This document shows, in pieces, positions 1 through 8,705 of a DNA stretch of 55,415 nucleotides. The number at the start of each line of letters is the position of its first letter. Positions within the stretch are counted from its first letter, which is position 1. Under the pieces are notes generated by a model. The model saw only the letters and a program-made list of their open reading frames with translations, did no database searches and was not told where the DNA came from. Origin of the DNA: Spirochaetia bacterium (GTDB taxonomy: Bacteria; Spirochaetota; Spirochaetia; DSM-27196; DATKUC01); contig DATKUC010000013.1 of assembly GCA_035530835.1 (NCBI GenBank), forward strand, positions 1-55,415, read 5' to 3'. Position numbers and translations under genes: made by a program.

Positions 1-1
1 T

Positions 2-85
2 GCCGCGCGGATGCTCGGTGTGACTGAACGACGATTTCGCTCCCGGATGGAGTTGCTCGAAGTGGAAAATAACTACCGTGAATGA
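2..85 (+). CDS. 3' end (partial) of a transcriptional activator with a Fis-type HTH, probably a sigma54 enhancer-binding protein
   Basis: Frame 2 reads AARMLGVTERRFRSRMELLEVENNYRE*. The AA-x-hLG[IV]-x-R pattern is the C-terminal HTH of NtrC-family activators. A -24/-12 promoter lies about 250 nt downstream on the same strand. Confidence 0.5.
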   Translation, partial: AARMLGVTERRFRSRMELLEVENNYRE

Positions 86-241
86 GAATGTTCGACGCAC
101 GCGTCGATATCTTGCCGAAAGACTCGCCCCACAGGTCGAACAGTGGGAATCCGCATCGGCGATCATAGATCTGATGCTGAAGGAATTGATACCTGACACA
201 AATCGCATGCAGATGAATCACGCAGCAGGAGAATTTGTAAG

Positions 242-258
242 ATATTATAATATAATAT
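242..258. promoter_or_regulatory. Perfect 8-1-8 palindrome ATATTATA-A-TATAATAT in an AT-rich tract; candidate activator UAS or DNA-bending site
   Basis: Read directly from the sequence. It lies about 90 nt upstream of the -24 element, in an otherwise GC-rich window. Confidence 0.3.
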
Positions 259-332
259 TTTACCGAGTTATCCTGCAAATTGGGGTATGCAGGCATCGCA
301 TTGGTCACGTCGATTTGACGACATCTATCGGC

Positions 333-349
333 CTGGCATGATTATTGCT
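333..349 (+). promoter_or_regulatory. Sigma54 (RpoN) -24/-12 promoter for the pilus operon
   Basis: CTGGCATGATTATTGCT versus consensus YTGGCACG-N4-TTGCW. GG is at 335-336 and GC at 347-348 with the correct spacing. The pilin ATG is at 401. Confidence 0.6.
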
Positions 350-400
350 ATATATTAGGTGAAAGCATAGTTCAAAACAGAGTTACAAAGGAGACAAGTG

Positions 401-895
401 ATGAAAAAGATAGCTGCGATTCTGGTTCTTGGTGTGGGAGTTGCAATTGGCGCTTTTGCCGCGACCTCCGGCAATTTGACACTTACGGGAACTGTTGCAC
501 AGAACCTGTCGATTACGGTGACCCCGGCCGCTGTCGCTTCGGCACTTGACCTTACTACGGCACAAAACAATCTCGCGGTTGCTACGATAACGGAAGTGAG
601 CAATTCGCACCTCGGCTACACAGTTACCGTCTCGAGCGCAAACGCTGTTTCGGCAAGTTCCAGCACCCCTGATTTCACGAGCGCGACATCAGCTGACACG
701 CTTGGCTACTCGCTCACCTACGGTGGCACGCCGGTGACATTTACGAGCGGAGTCGCGACTGTTACCAGCGCGTCCGCAAAGACCCCGGCGGGCGGCGTGA
801 CCAACACTCTTGGATTGACTTACGATGGTTCCACGGCGAATCTCTCGGCGGGCACCTATTCGGATACCCTGACGTTTACCATAACGGCCAACTAG
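401..895 (+). CDS. Major fimbrial subunit, SCPU/Csu-like (archaic chaperone-usher class)
   Basis: AAGGAGA lies 6 nt before ATG 401. Signal peptide MKKIAAILVLGVGVAIGAFA. The alternating N-terminal strand NLTLTGTV looks like a donor strand. The C-terminal GTYSDTLTFTITAN resembles the G-Y-x-D-T ending of spore-coat-U/Csu pilins. It is the first gene of a pilin-chaperone-usher-tip cluster. Confidence 0.75.
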   Translation: MKKIAAILVLGVGVAIGAFAATSGNLTLTGTVAQNLSITVTPAAVASALDLTTAQNNLAVATITEVSNSHLGYTVTVSSANAVSASSSTPDFTSATSADTLGYSLTYGGTPVTFTSGVATVTSASAKTPAGGVTNTLGLTYDGSTANLSAGTYSDTLTFTITAN

Positions 896-910
896 TACGG
901 CAGGCATCGT

Positions 911-1675
911 GTGAACCGGGCAAGCACCAAAGGCAGGATTTTCACAATCGCGCTCATCTTGAGCGCGATTGGCGTTTCCGCCTCCGCTTTCACCTTCGAG
1001 CCGATCTCCCGCAGCTTCTCGCCGTCCGGGACGAATGCGACCCAGTCGTTCATCTGTACGAACACCGACAATCATGATATCGCCGTAAAAGTCTCCATGG
1101 TGACTCGAACCATGGATGAGCTCGGCCACGAAACCTATTCGCCGGCCTCCGACGACTTTGTGGTGTTTCCTTCACAGGTCGTGCTCAAGCCTAACTCCTC
1201 GCAGGTCATACGCGTCCAGTGGCGCGGCCCGATCGCAATCGCGGTGGAACAGAACTTCCGCATAATTGCACAGCAGCTTCCGGTGGACTTCGGGCAGTCG
1301 GTCGAGCAGGGCGGAAACATCCACATCCTGTTCCAGTACCTCGGATCGATCTATGTGACGCCTGCCAATGCGAAACCGGACGTGGTGGTTCAATCAGCCA
1401 GGGCGGGAGTTGACTCGAAAGGCAAACAGGGGTTGCTTCTGATGCTGCGCAACGACGGAACGGCCCACGCGTTGCTGAACGAACTCACGCTGACCGTGAA
1501 CGGAAAGGCGGCCGATGGGAACGAAGTGAAGCGGACCTTTGGTCCCGCCGAGCTTGGTGGAATAAACGGCGAAAACATGCTCGCACGATCGACAAGGACC
1601 TTCTTCCTGCCGGTATCCGGCGTGCTCCCGGAACAGGATGTCCATGTTGAACTTAAGTATAACCCCTCACCATAA
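911..1675 (+). CDS. Periplasmic fimbrial chaperone (PapD-like)
   Basis: Signal peptide ending VSASA. Motifs FTFEPIS, VIRVQW and NFRIIAQQLP, and a two-domain size of 254 aa. It sits between pilin and usher. A GTG start is assumed because there is no in-frame ATG near the 5' end. Confidence 0.75.
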   Translation: MNRASTKGRIFTIALILSAIGVSASAFTFEPISRSFSPSGTNATQSFICTNTDNHDIAVKVSMVTRTMDELGHETYSPASDDFVVFPSQVVLKPNSSQVIRVQWRGPIAIAVEQNFRIIAQQLPVDFGQSVEQGGNIHILFQYLGSIYVTPANAKPDVVVQSARAGVDSKGKQGLLLMLRNDGTAHALLNELTLTVNGKAADGNEVKRTFGPAELGGINGENMLARSTRTFFLPVSGVLPEQDVHVELKYNPSP

Positions 1676-4115
1676 TACGGCATCCTTCCTCCTGTTTTCA
1701 GCATGCGCGCTGCTCGTCTTCGCCGCCGCGCTCCCTGCGGCTGCGCAGAGTTCAGGAAGCGGCGAGGTGACCATACCGGTAACCACGTCCATCAATGGAG
1801 TTCGCGGACAGGATACGACTGTCGTACTGAGCGCTGCAGGAAAGCTTCTGAAGATCGACGCGAAAGAGCTCCTCTCGAACATACGAGGCGAATCGGTAAT
1901 GTCCGTGGTCGATTCGATAACAGCCGCCTCCGCAAGTTCAGCTATGGTTCCAGTTGCTGTGGCCGAGAACGCAGGACTCAAGATCAGATTCGATGAACAA
2001 TCGCTTACCCTCGTCATCGCGATTTCTCCTGAGCTCCAGAAGGTGCATGTCGTGGACCTGAACTCGGCAAAGGTACCCGCGTCCGCGGAGCCGGTGAAAC
2101 CTGCGAGGTTCAGCGCGCAGCTGTCGCTCTATGGCAGAGTGGACGCTATCGACCAGTACACGTCGACTGCAGGTTCGGCCGTCAATTTCTTTGCAATGCC
2201 ATTCTCTCTGACCGCCGATCCGGTCATCAATCTGTACAACTGGGTCCTGCAGAGTGAGCTCGCATTCGATACCTCAGCTCCAGCGACACTTTCACTGGTA
2301 GATATCAGCCTCGTAAAGGACGTGCCGGGGCCGGATCTGCGCTTCACGGCCGGCAATCTGAACTACCCCGTGACCGGCTTCCTGTCAAATGTCCCGACCG
2401 TGGGCATCGGCGTATCAAGGAACTTCGATCTTTCATTGAACAAGCTCTTCCGTCCGCTCGGACAGATGCAATTCTACCTGCAGCGGCCGTCTCAGGTCAC
2501 CGTGCTGGTCAACGGCGGCCCGGTGAAGTATCTGCAGCTTCAACCCGGTCCATACAATCTCCTGGATTTCCCGCTCACGCCGGGTATGAACAACGTGCAG
2601 CTGAAGATCCAGGATGATCAGGGGCGCACCGAGTACATTTCAGGTGCATACCCATTCGACTCCGAGCTGTTGACCCCGTCAGTTTCGGCGTTCAGCTGGA
2701 ACATCGGGTTCCCCGGCTGGCAGATTGCACCACCCGTGCTTTCCGGCTTTCAGTCGGTCGGAATTACTCCCAACTACACGATGGGAGGTTACGTTCAGGC
2801 GGACACCATTTCGCAGATTGTTGGAGTGCAGGCAGTGCTTGCGACCGACATAGGTACTTTTGGCGCAGGAATCGCGGGTTCCCACGACACTACGAATGGA
2901 ATGGATCTGGGACTCTCGGCGAGCTACAGATTCTACGACGCGAGCCGCCGGAATCTGCCGGCGGTAACACTGTCTGCGTATTACCGCGGGCGGTACTTCA
3001 TCGGTCCGCAAAGCGGGTTGACAGAGGCACCGTACCGGTGGCTCATTTCAGCCGGCATAAGCCAGGCGCTCCCGCGTAACTTTGCGCTCAATCTGGGTGC
3101 GGGTCTCCAGGACACCTGGAGCCTGGGGCAGTTCTATAATGCGAATCTGATCCTCAGCGCGCCACTTACCCGTTCGCTGAGCATGAGCTTCGTGGTCGGA
3201 GGAAACTTTTCATCGAACCTGATGCCGAGCTGGCACGGACAGCTGACACTGATCAAGACGTTCCCGTCCTCAGATGGTGCAATGAGCTACAGCCAGAGTC
3301 TGACATCACCGACCGGGCAGGTCGGAATCGACTACCGTCCCGCGTCGGTGCCCGGCTTCTCGGTAAACGCTCAGGTATCCGGCCCACCGGGAGTCGGAGG
3401 CCAGACGAGCGGCGCTTCCGCAACTCTCACCTACCAGGGAAATCGGTTTGATACCGCGCTCGGCCACTCGCTGTCAGCGAGTGATCTGACCGGCACTTCA
3501 TCGGTTCTCAATCATACTTACATCAGGTTCGACACCGCGCTCGTCTATGCCGATGGCAATGCTGCAATAACACGGCCGGTGAGCGACAGCTTTGCGATCA
3601 TGGTCCGCAACAAGGAGCTTGGTATGGCACTTGTTGGAGTGAACTCAACCGGCACCTCCTATTCGGCTGTAAGTGACTTTCTCGGAAATGCAGCACTGTC
3701 GTCCATACAGTCCTACACGGATACGCTCGCGAATGTTCAGGTTCCGGATGCGCCGATTGGTTACGATCTGGGTGATACGCTGTTCCTGCTCTCGCTGCCC
3801 TATCGCAGCGGCGCGGTGATCACGATCGGCACCGATGCCACCGTCTATGTCGGCGGCACGCTTGAAGATGGTGACGGAAAACCGATTGTGCTCCTCGCGG
3901 GCAGCCTCAGATCAACTGGCCCGGCGGCAAAGGACCATTCCTTCTTTACCGATGCCGGAGGTCAATTCCAGGTATACGGTCTGAAACCGGGAGAGTACAC
4001 ACTCGACATGGCGGGCAAAGGATGGAAGCCGAAACAGATCTCAATCCCGGCAAGTGCTACGGGGTTGTATGATTTGGGCAAAGTGAAGCTCACCCGGGCA
4101 ACCGGTGGCAATTAG
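1638..4115 (+). CDS. Outer-membrane fimbrial usher-like protein
   Basis: 825 aa with a signal peptide (LPAAAQ) and beta-barrel-like Gly/Ser/Tyr-rich composition. Size and position after the chaperone fit an usher. The C-terminal GGQFQVYGLKPGEYTL looks like a carboxypeptidase-regulatory Ig-like domain. The start could be 1638 or 1644, and the gene overlaps the chaperone 3' end. Confidence 0.7.
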   Translation: MSMLNLSITPHHNTASFLLFSACALLVFAAALPAAAQSSGSGEVTIPVTTSINGVRGQDTTVVLSAAGKLLKIDAKELLSNIRGESVMSVVDSITAASASSAMVPVAVAENAGLKIRFDEQSLTLVIAISPELQKVHVVDLNSAKVPASAEPVKPARFSAQLSLYGRVDAIDQYTSTAGSAVNFFAMPFSLTADPVINLYNWVLQSELAFDTSAPATLSLVDISLVKDVPGPDLRFTAGNLNYPVTGFLSNVPTVGIGVSRNFDLSLNKLFRPLGQMQFYLQRPSQVTVLVNGGPVKYLQLQPGPYNLLDFPLTPGMNNVQLKIQDDQGRTEYISGAYPFDSELLTPSVSAFSWNIGFPGWQIAPPVLSGFQSVGITPNYTMGGYVQADTISQIVGVQAVLATDIGTFGAGIAGSHDTTNGMDLGLSASYRFYDASRRNLPAVTLSAYYRGRYFIGPQSGLTEAPYRWLISAGISQALPRNFALNLGAGLQDTWSLGQFYNANLILSAPLTRSLSMSFVVGGNFSSNLMPSWHGQLTLIKTFPSSDGAMSYSQSLTSPTGQVGIDYRPASVPGFSVNAQVSGPPGVGGQTSGASATLTYQGNRFDTALGHSLSASDLTGTSSVLNHTYIRFDTALVYADGNAAITRPVSDSFAIMVRNKELGMALVGVNSTGTSYSAVSDFLGNAALSSIQSYTDTLANVQVPDAPIGYDLGDTLFLLSLPYRSGAVITIGTDATVYVGGTLEDGDGKPIVLLAGSLRSTGPAAKDHSFFTDAGGQFQVYGLKPGEYTLDMAGKGWKPKQISIPASATGLYDLGKVKLTRATGGN

Positions 4116-4125
4116 GAGACGGGAA

Positions 4126-5070
4126 ATGTTAAGCAGAGTTCATATGAGAGTGACCTTCCTACTGTTAATGGCCTCGGCAGCCGTGACCGCGTTTGCCGGC
4201 GGATCACTCGAGTACCGGTTCGCCTCCTCAGTTCCTGCGGTGAGTTCAACTTACGACTCGACCATCGAGAATGATCTGCCCCAGACCTTAAGCATCACAC
4301 ACATCAGTTTCACTACCGGATCAACTTCCTACTTCGTCACATTCTCAGCAGGTCAGTCGGGTTCATTCGCAAGCCGGCAGGCAAGAAGCGCGGCGGGTGG
4401 AACCCTGACCTACCAGATCATGGACAATGTCGCGTCGCGAAATACTCTTGAGGACCTCAGTGTCAATCCTCCGATTCAAAACGTACTTTCCGGAACGAAT
4501 CCGGCGTCCGGCGTTCAACAGCTCACATCCAACTTCGTAGTGGCACTTCCGGCGGGCCAGCTCCCGAACGCCGGTACCTACGTCGACTCGGTCAACGTCG
4601 GGCTCTATTCCGGCAGTCCGACAGGTACGAACACTGCACAGACGACACAAACAATGTCGCTCTCGTTCACGGTTCCCAAGATCGCCGAACTCTCGCTCGT
4701 GCCAGTTGGATCGCCGTTTGCGCCGGGCAGCACGAGTTCGCTGATGGACTTTGGGATGCTGACTCAAGGGACCTCGCGCGGAGTCGATCTGCTTGTGCGC
4801 GCGAACTCCTCCTATCAGGTTGCTCTGCAATCGCAACAGGGCGGCGTACTGGCTATAACAACGGCCGGGGATACGAGCACCATTCCCTATACGCTTCAGT
4901 TCAATGGCTCGGCCCTGTCACTTCCGGCCGGTGTTCCGAATATGGCCATCTCTGCCGGTCCGCCAACAACCGGGGCCCGATATCCAATTACGGTCGTGAT
5001 CGGAAACGTCGGCAATGCTACCGAGGGCACCTATCAGGACAACATTACCATAACGGTTACCGCGAACTAG
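4126..5070 (+). CDS. Two-domain SCPU-like fimbrial tip/adhesin subunit
   Basis: AGGAGA lies 6 nt before ATG 4126. Signal peptide MLSRVHMRVTFLLLMASAAVTAFA. There are two G-T-Y-x-D endings (AGTYVDSVNV mid-protein and EGTYQDNITITVTAN at the C-terminus). It is the last gene of the cluster, like CsuE. Confidence 0.65.
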   Translation: MLSRVHMRVTFLLLMASAAVTAFAGGSLEYRFASSVPAVSSTYDSTIENDLPQTLSITHISFTTGSTSYFVTFSAGQSGSFASRQARSAAGGTLTYQIMDNVASRNTLEDLSVNPPIQNVLSGTNPASGVQQLTSNFVVALPAGQLPNAGTYVDSVNVGLYSGSPTGTNTAQTTQTMSLSFTVPKIAELSLVPVGSPFAPGSTSSLMDFGMLTQGTSRGVDLLVRANSSYQVALQSQQGGVLAITTAGDTSTIPYTLQFNGSALSLPAGVPNMAISAGPPTTGARYPITVVIGNVGNATEGTYQDNITITVTAN

Positions 5071-5145
5071 CTGGCAGTCACTGCCACAAAGCGATCCTGA
5101 TGGACACCGGTTCGGGTGCGTGACATAATGCGGCGGAGGATTTAC

Positions 5146-5673
5146 ATGATATCGATCAAAAGTCACTTCGCACTGCTCGCCCGGTACAACAAAGAGATAA
5201 ACAGCGCAATGTACGGGATCCTCTCCCCGTTATCTGATGCCGATCGGAAGAGCAAATCCGGCTCCTTCTTCACTTCGATCCACGGCATACTGAACCACAT
5301 TCTCGCCTCGGATGTTGCGTGGCTTAGCCGATTCCGCACCTTGTCGTCTGAAAGCGTCGCACTTAATGACCCGGCGACAAGCAACGAAGGCGTCACCTGG
5401 GGCAAGGAGATGTACGAGCAATTCGACGATCTGGCGACGCGCCGAGCTGCGGTCGATGCGGTGATCGTGCGATGGATCGATGAGCTAACCGAAGAACTGC
5501 TCACCGAAACGCTCCGGTACCAGGATTTCAGAGGGAATGCGCGGCAGTACATCATGTGGATGGCAATGGATCACTTCTTCAATCATCAGACTCACCATCG
5601 GGGCGCGATCTCCCAGATTCTGGACGAGAAAGGCGTAGAGAATGACTATTCGAATATAATCTATATCCTGTAA
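5146..5673 (+). CDS. DinB-family (DinB/YfiT-like four-helix bundle) protein
   Basis: YNKEIN near the N-terminus and HFFNHQTHHRGAISQIL near the C-terminus are DinB hallmarks. GGAGGA lies 5 nt before ATG 5146. Confidence 0.8.
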   Translation: MISIKSHFALLARYNKEINSAMYGILSPLSDADRKSKSGSFFTSIHGILNHILASDVAWLSRFRTLSSESVALNDPATSNEGVTWGKEMYEQFDDLATRRAAVDAVIVRWIDELTEELLTETLRYQDFRGNARQYIMWMAMDHFFNHQTHHRGAISQILDEKGVENDYSNIIYIL

Positions 5674-5699
5674 AAAGATTGAAGTCATCGAACTCCCAG

Positions 5700-6422
5700 A
5701 TGCATACACACGATCTCCCACATCGTCTCCCGGTCCGGAGGAACGAGCAGATTCTACCCGGTGTACAGTACCTCGAGATTGACCGCCCATTCGAGTTTGC
5801 GGCCGGACAATGCGTCTCCCTGTCTACCCTTTCGGGACCGGCTCGATACTACAGCATAGCGAGCGGCGAGCGTGCTCCTTCGATCGGCATACTGTACGAT
5901 GTCGTCCCCGGCGGAGCGCTCACCAAACAACTCTCGCTGCTTGTACCGGGTGATACGATCATGGTCTCCGATCCTTTCGGAACTTTTGTGGATGACAGGC
6001 AACCATCGATGTGGATCGCGACAGGCACAGGAGTTGCACCGTTTCTCTCCGCAATCCGGTCCGGTTCAGTGAGTGAGAAGACGCTCGTGTACGGAAGCAG
6101 AACATCGGACCGATTCTACTTCGCGGATGAACTGTCGACATCCCTCGGTGACCGTCTCGTGCTCTGTTGTTCGCAGTGCGCGGAGTCGCCCGGGACCGGC
6201 GCGCCGGCTGGCTCAGGCGAGCCGTGGGGCGGCGCGCGCAGGGCCACATGCTACTCCGGCCGGCTCACCGGTTGGCTGCGGGACGCCGCATCGACAGGCA
6301 AGCTTCCCATCGACACCCGGTACTTCCTCTGCGGTAGCGCCGGAATGATCGTCGATGTTCGTGACCTGCTGATAGCCTCGGGAGTCGCGTTCGATCGTAT
6401 ACACTCGGAGATCTACTTCTAA
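5700..6422 (+). CDS. Ferredoxin-NADP reductase-like FAD/NAD(P)-binding oxidoreductase
   Basis: RYYSIAS (the R-x-Y-S FAD motif), IATGTGVAPF (NAD(P)-binding) and the C-terminal FLCGSAGMIVDV. It contains a Gly/Pro/Cys-rich insertion (CCSQCAESPGTG...). The start could be 5679 (TTG) or 5700 (ATG). Confidence 0.7.
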   Translation: MHTHDLPHRLPVRRNEQILPGVQYLEIDRPFEFAAGQCVSLSTLSGPARYYSIASGERAPSIGILYDVVPGGALTKQLSLLVPGDTIMVSDPFGTFVDDRQPSMWIATGTGVAPFLSAIRSGSVSEKTLVYGSRTSDRFYFADELSTSLGDRLVLCCSQCAESPGTGAPAGSGEPWGGARRATCYSGRLTGWLRDAASTGKLPIDTRYFLCGSAGMIVDVRDLLIASGVAFDRIHSEIYF

Positions 6423-6437
6423 CGAATCGGTGCAATC

Positions 6438-6446
6438 TGCTATATT
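6438..6446 (+). promoter_or_regulatory. Extended -10 promoter (TGcTATATT) in front of rlmN
   Basis: TG-n-TATATT ends 15 nt before ATG 6462. There is no SD in between. Confidence 0.35.
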
Positions 6447-6461
6447 GGTGCCGGTACATAC

Positions 6462-7508
6462 ATGAAAACGCCGCTCTTTGGAAAAACACTCTCTCAACTC
6501 AAACAAATCACAGATGAACTGAACCTGCCGCGCTATTCAGCGGAACAGATAGCGCGCTGGATCTACCGGGGACACGCACGATCATTCTCAGTCATGACGA
6601 ACCTTTCAGCCGCCGCCAGATCAGTGCTTGATGAAGCGTTCCTGATTTCTCCTCAACTGCCCGACAAAGTGACCGTCTCCTCGGACGGCACGAAGAAATA
6701 CCTGTTTGCCGCGGGTTCTTCGGAATCGCATCGCTATGTCGAAGCAGCCTATATTCCGGAAACCGAGCGAGCAACCCTCTGTTTGTCGACCCAGGTCGGC
6801 TGCAAGATGGGATGCCTGTTCTGCATGACCGGAAAGCAGGGCTTTCAGGGTCAACTTTCAGCCGGTGAAATCGTGAATCAGTACGACAGCCTGCCTGAAC
6901 GCGATCAGGTAACGAATATCGTATATATGGGAATGGGAGAACCGCTCGACAATCTCGAGCCGGTTCTCGACAGCCTGGAGATTCTGACCGCCGACTGGGG
7001 ATACGGGATGAGTCCATCGCGCATCACTGTGTCGACTGTGGGATTGATTCCGGCGATGAAGAGCTATCTCGAACGCAGCTCCGGCCACCTTGCGGTGAGC
7101 ATGCATTCGCCGTTTGAAGAGGAGCGCCGCCAGCTCATGCCAATTCAGCATGTCTATCCGCTGTCGGAGGTACTCGAAACGCTGCGCTCCTACGATATGC
7201 CGCGGCAGCGCAGGGTCTCATTCGAGTACATAGTATTCGGCGGACTGAACCACTCGGCAAACCACGCAAAGGAGATGGCCCGCATTCTTCAGGGACTGCG
7301 ATGCCGCGTCAATCTCATACGGTTCCATCCGATTCCCGGCAGCCCGCTGCTCCCTGCATCCGACGAACAGATGACCGATTTCCAGAATATGCTCAAGGCG
7401 AAAGGCATTCTCACCACAATCCGCAGGTCACGCGGACAGGATATCCTCGCCGCGTGCGGACTTCTATCGACCCGTGAACTCGTCCGTCTGAATCCAACTG
7501 ACTACTGA
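6462..7508 (+). CDS. rlmN: 23S rRNA/tRNA adenine-C2 methyltransferase RlmN (radical SAM)
   Basis: CKMGCLFC radical-SAM cluster motif, MGMGEPLDN, the C-terminal GQDILAACG catalytic Cys region, and a length of 348 aa. Confidence 0.9.
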   Translation: MKTPLFGKTLSQLKQITDELNLPRYSAEQIARWIYRGHARSFSVMTNLSAAARSVLDEAFLISPQLPDKVTVSSDGTKKYLFAAGSSESHRYVEAAYIPETERATLCLSTQVGCKMGCLFCMTGKQGFQGQLSAGEIVNQYDSLPERDQVTNIVYMGMGEPLDNLEPVLDSLEILTADWGYGMSPSRITVSTVGLIPAMKSYLERSSGHLAVSMHSPFEEERRQLMPIQHVYPLSEVLETLRSYDMPRQRRVSFEYIVFGGLNHSANHAKEMARILQGLRCRVNLIRFHPIPGSPLLPASDEQMTDFQNMLKAKGILTTIRRSRGQDILAACGLLSTRELVRLNPTDY

Positions 7509-8692
7509 GGCAGAAAGTCCAGCTGCGGATAATTCCTTCCCAATGCTCTCTCGATCGCGTTTCCGTTGTCCATCATCCAGAAACGTGAAGCTATTGTCTG
7601 ATAAACGTCCCGATAGTCGGTAGTGAATTTCAAGTCCCCGTGATCCAGATTGCTCAATGAGGGCTCCTCGCCGTAGAACCCTCCCTTGACCATTCCGCCC
7701 ATGATGAGCATCGGCGCCGCTGTGCCGTGATCGGTGCCCTTACTGAAGTTCTCCCGAACACGGCGACCGAACTCCGAGTAGGTCATGACGAGCAGATTCT
7801 TCCACAAACCACGCTCGATCATTGCGGACCGGAACGAGGCAAGGGCTCCCGAGAGTTCAGCCAGCAGATGGTCCTGCACGAGTCGCTCACCGCCATGGGT
7901 ATCGAATCCACGCAGGGTAAGCTTAATGACCGGAACCGTGGCTCCCGCTCCCAGCAGTTCAGCGGCAAGTTCCACCTGCCTGCCGAACGGCGTCGCAGGG
8001 AACTTCGTAGCAAAATGAGGAAGCTTATTCTGCAGAATGGCAAGGCGGGCTGCGGCCGAACGGGTATCGGTGGCAACTGCATCGAGATAGGCAAGAGGTC
8101 CGCTGTCGGAACTGCCAACGTGAACACCGGCCAGAATGTGAGCTTCCCGCACAAAGCCGCCAATCGAGTTCAGGGCGATATTTCGCATGTTCGGACCGGC
8201 CAGCGGCCCGTCATGATTCTCCCCGATTATGAAGGAGTCGGCTATGTTCGATGCTGGCGGATGGTCCTGATCGAAAAGTCGACTGATCCAGCCACTCTGC
8301 AGATACTGATCGCTGTTTGAAGCTGTGTTCCAGATGTCGATTGATCTGAAGTGTGAGCGGTTCGGATCAGGATATCCTGCGCCGAGCACAAATGCGAGGT
8401 CTCCGCCGGACCAGGAGGACAGGAGCGGCTTCATTGCGGGATTGAGGCCGAGTGTTCCGCTCAGTCGCAACACCTGGTCCTTTGGGACTGCAATAGTCGG
8501 CCGATCAGAATAGTAGAGAGGATCCGCATATGGAATCACCATATTCAATCCGTCATTGCCGCCTGCAAGCTCCACTACCACAAGTGTCCTCTGCCAGTCG
8601 GCCACAGGCGCTTCAGCGGCGAAGAGCTGGAGTGACTGAAATGTACAGACGGCTATCATCAGCATCATTCGTCGGATCAGATGTGTATTCAT
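7502..8692 (-). CDS. DUF1501 family protein (sulfatase/alkaline-phosphatase-like fold)
   Basis: TYSEFGRRVRENFSKGTDHGTAAPMLIMGG and RGFDTHG are typical DUF1501 blocks. It has an N-terminal signal. ATG 8692 is preceded by GAGGGG, and a TTG at 8713 is possible. Confidence 0.8.
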   Translation of the reverse strand: MNTHLIRRMMLMIAVCTFQSLQLFAAEAPVADWQRTLVVVELAGGNDGLNMVIPYADPLYYSDRPTIAVPKDQVLRLSGTLGLNPAMKPLLSSWSGGDLAFVLGAGYPDPNRSHFRSIDIWNTASNSDQYLQSGWISRLFDQDHPPASNIADSFIIGENHDGPLAGPNMRNIALNSIGGFVREAHILAGVHVGSSDSGPLAYLDAVATDTRSAAARLAILQNKLPHFATKFPATPFGRQVELAAELLGAGATVPVIKLTLRGFDTHGGERLVQDHLLAELSGALASFRSAMIERGLWKNLLVMTYSEFGRRVRENFSKGTDHGTAAPMLIMGGMVKGGFYGEEPSLSNLDHGDLKFTTDYRDVYQTIASRFWMMDNGNAIERALGRNYPQLDFLPQ

Positions 8693-8705
8693 TTTCGCTT
8701 CCCCT

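Noticed and set aside
78-341. 87-aa plus-strand ORF between the activator tail and the pilin gene
   Set aside because: It has no SD. It runs through the AT-rich palindrome and into the sigma54 -24 element. The composition does not look coding and no motif is recognisable. It is better explained as a regulatory region.
5072-5086. Hairpin TGGCAG-tca-CTGCCA after the pilus operon as a terminator
   Set aside because: The stem is only 6 bp with a 3-nt loop and no following T tract. It is too weak to call.
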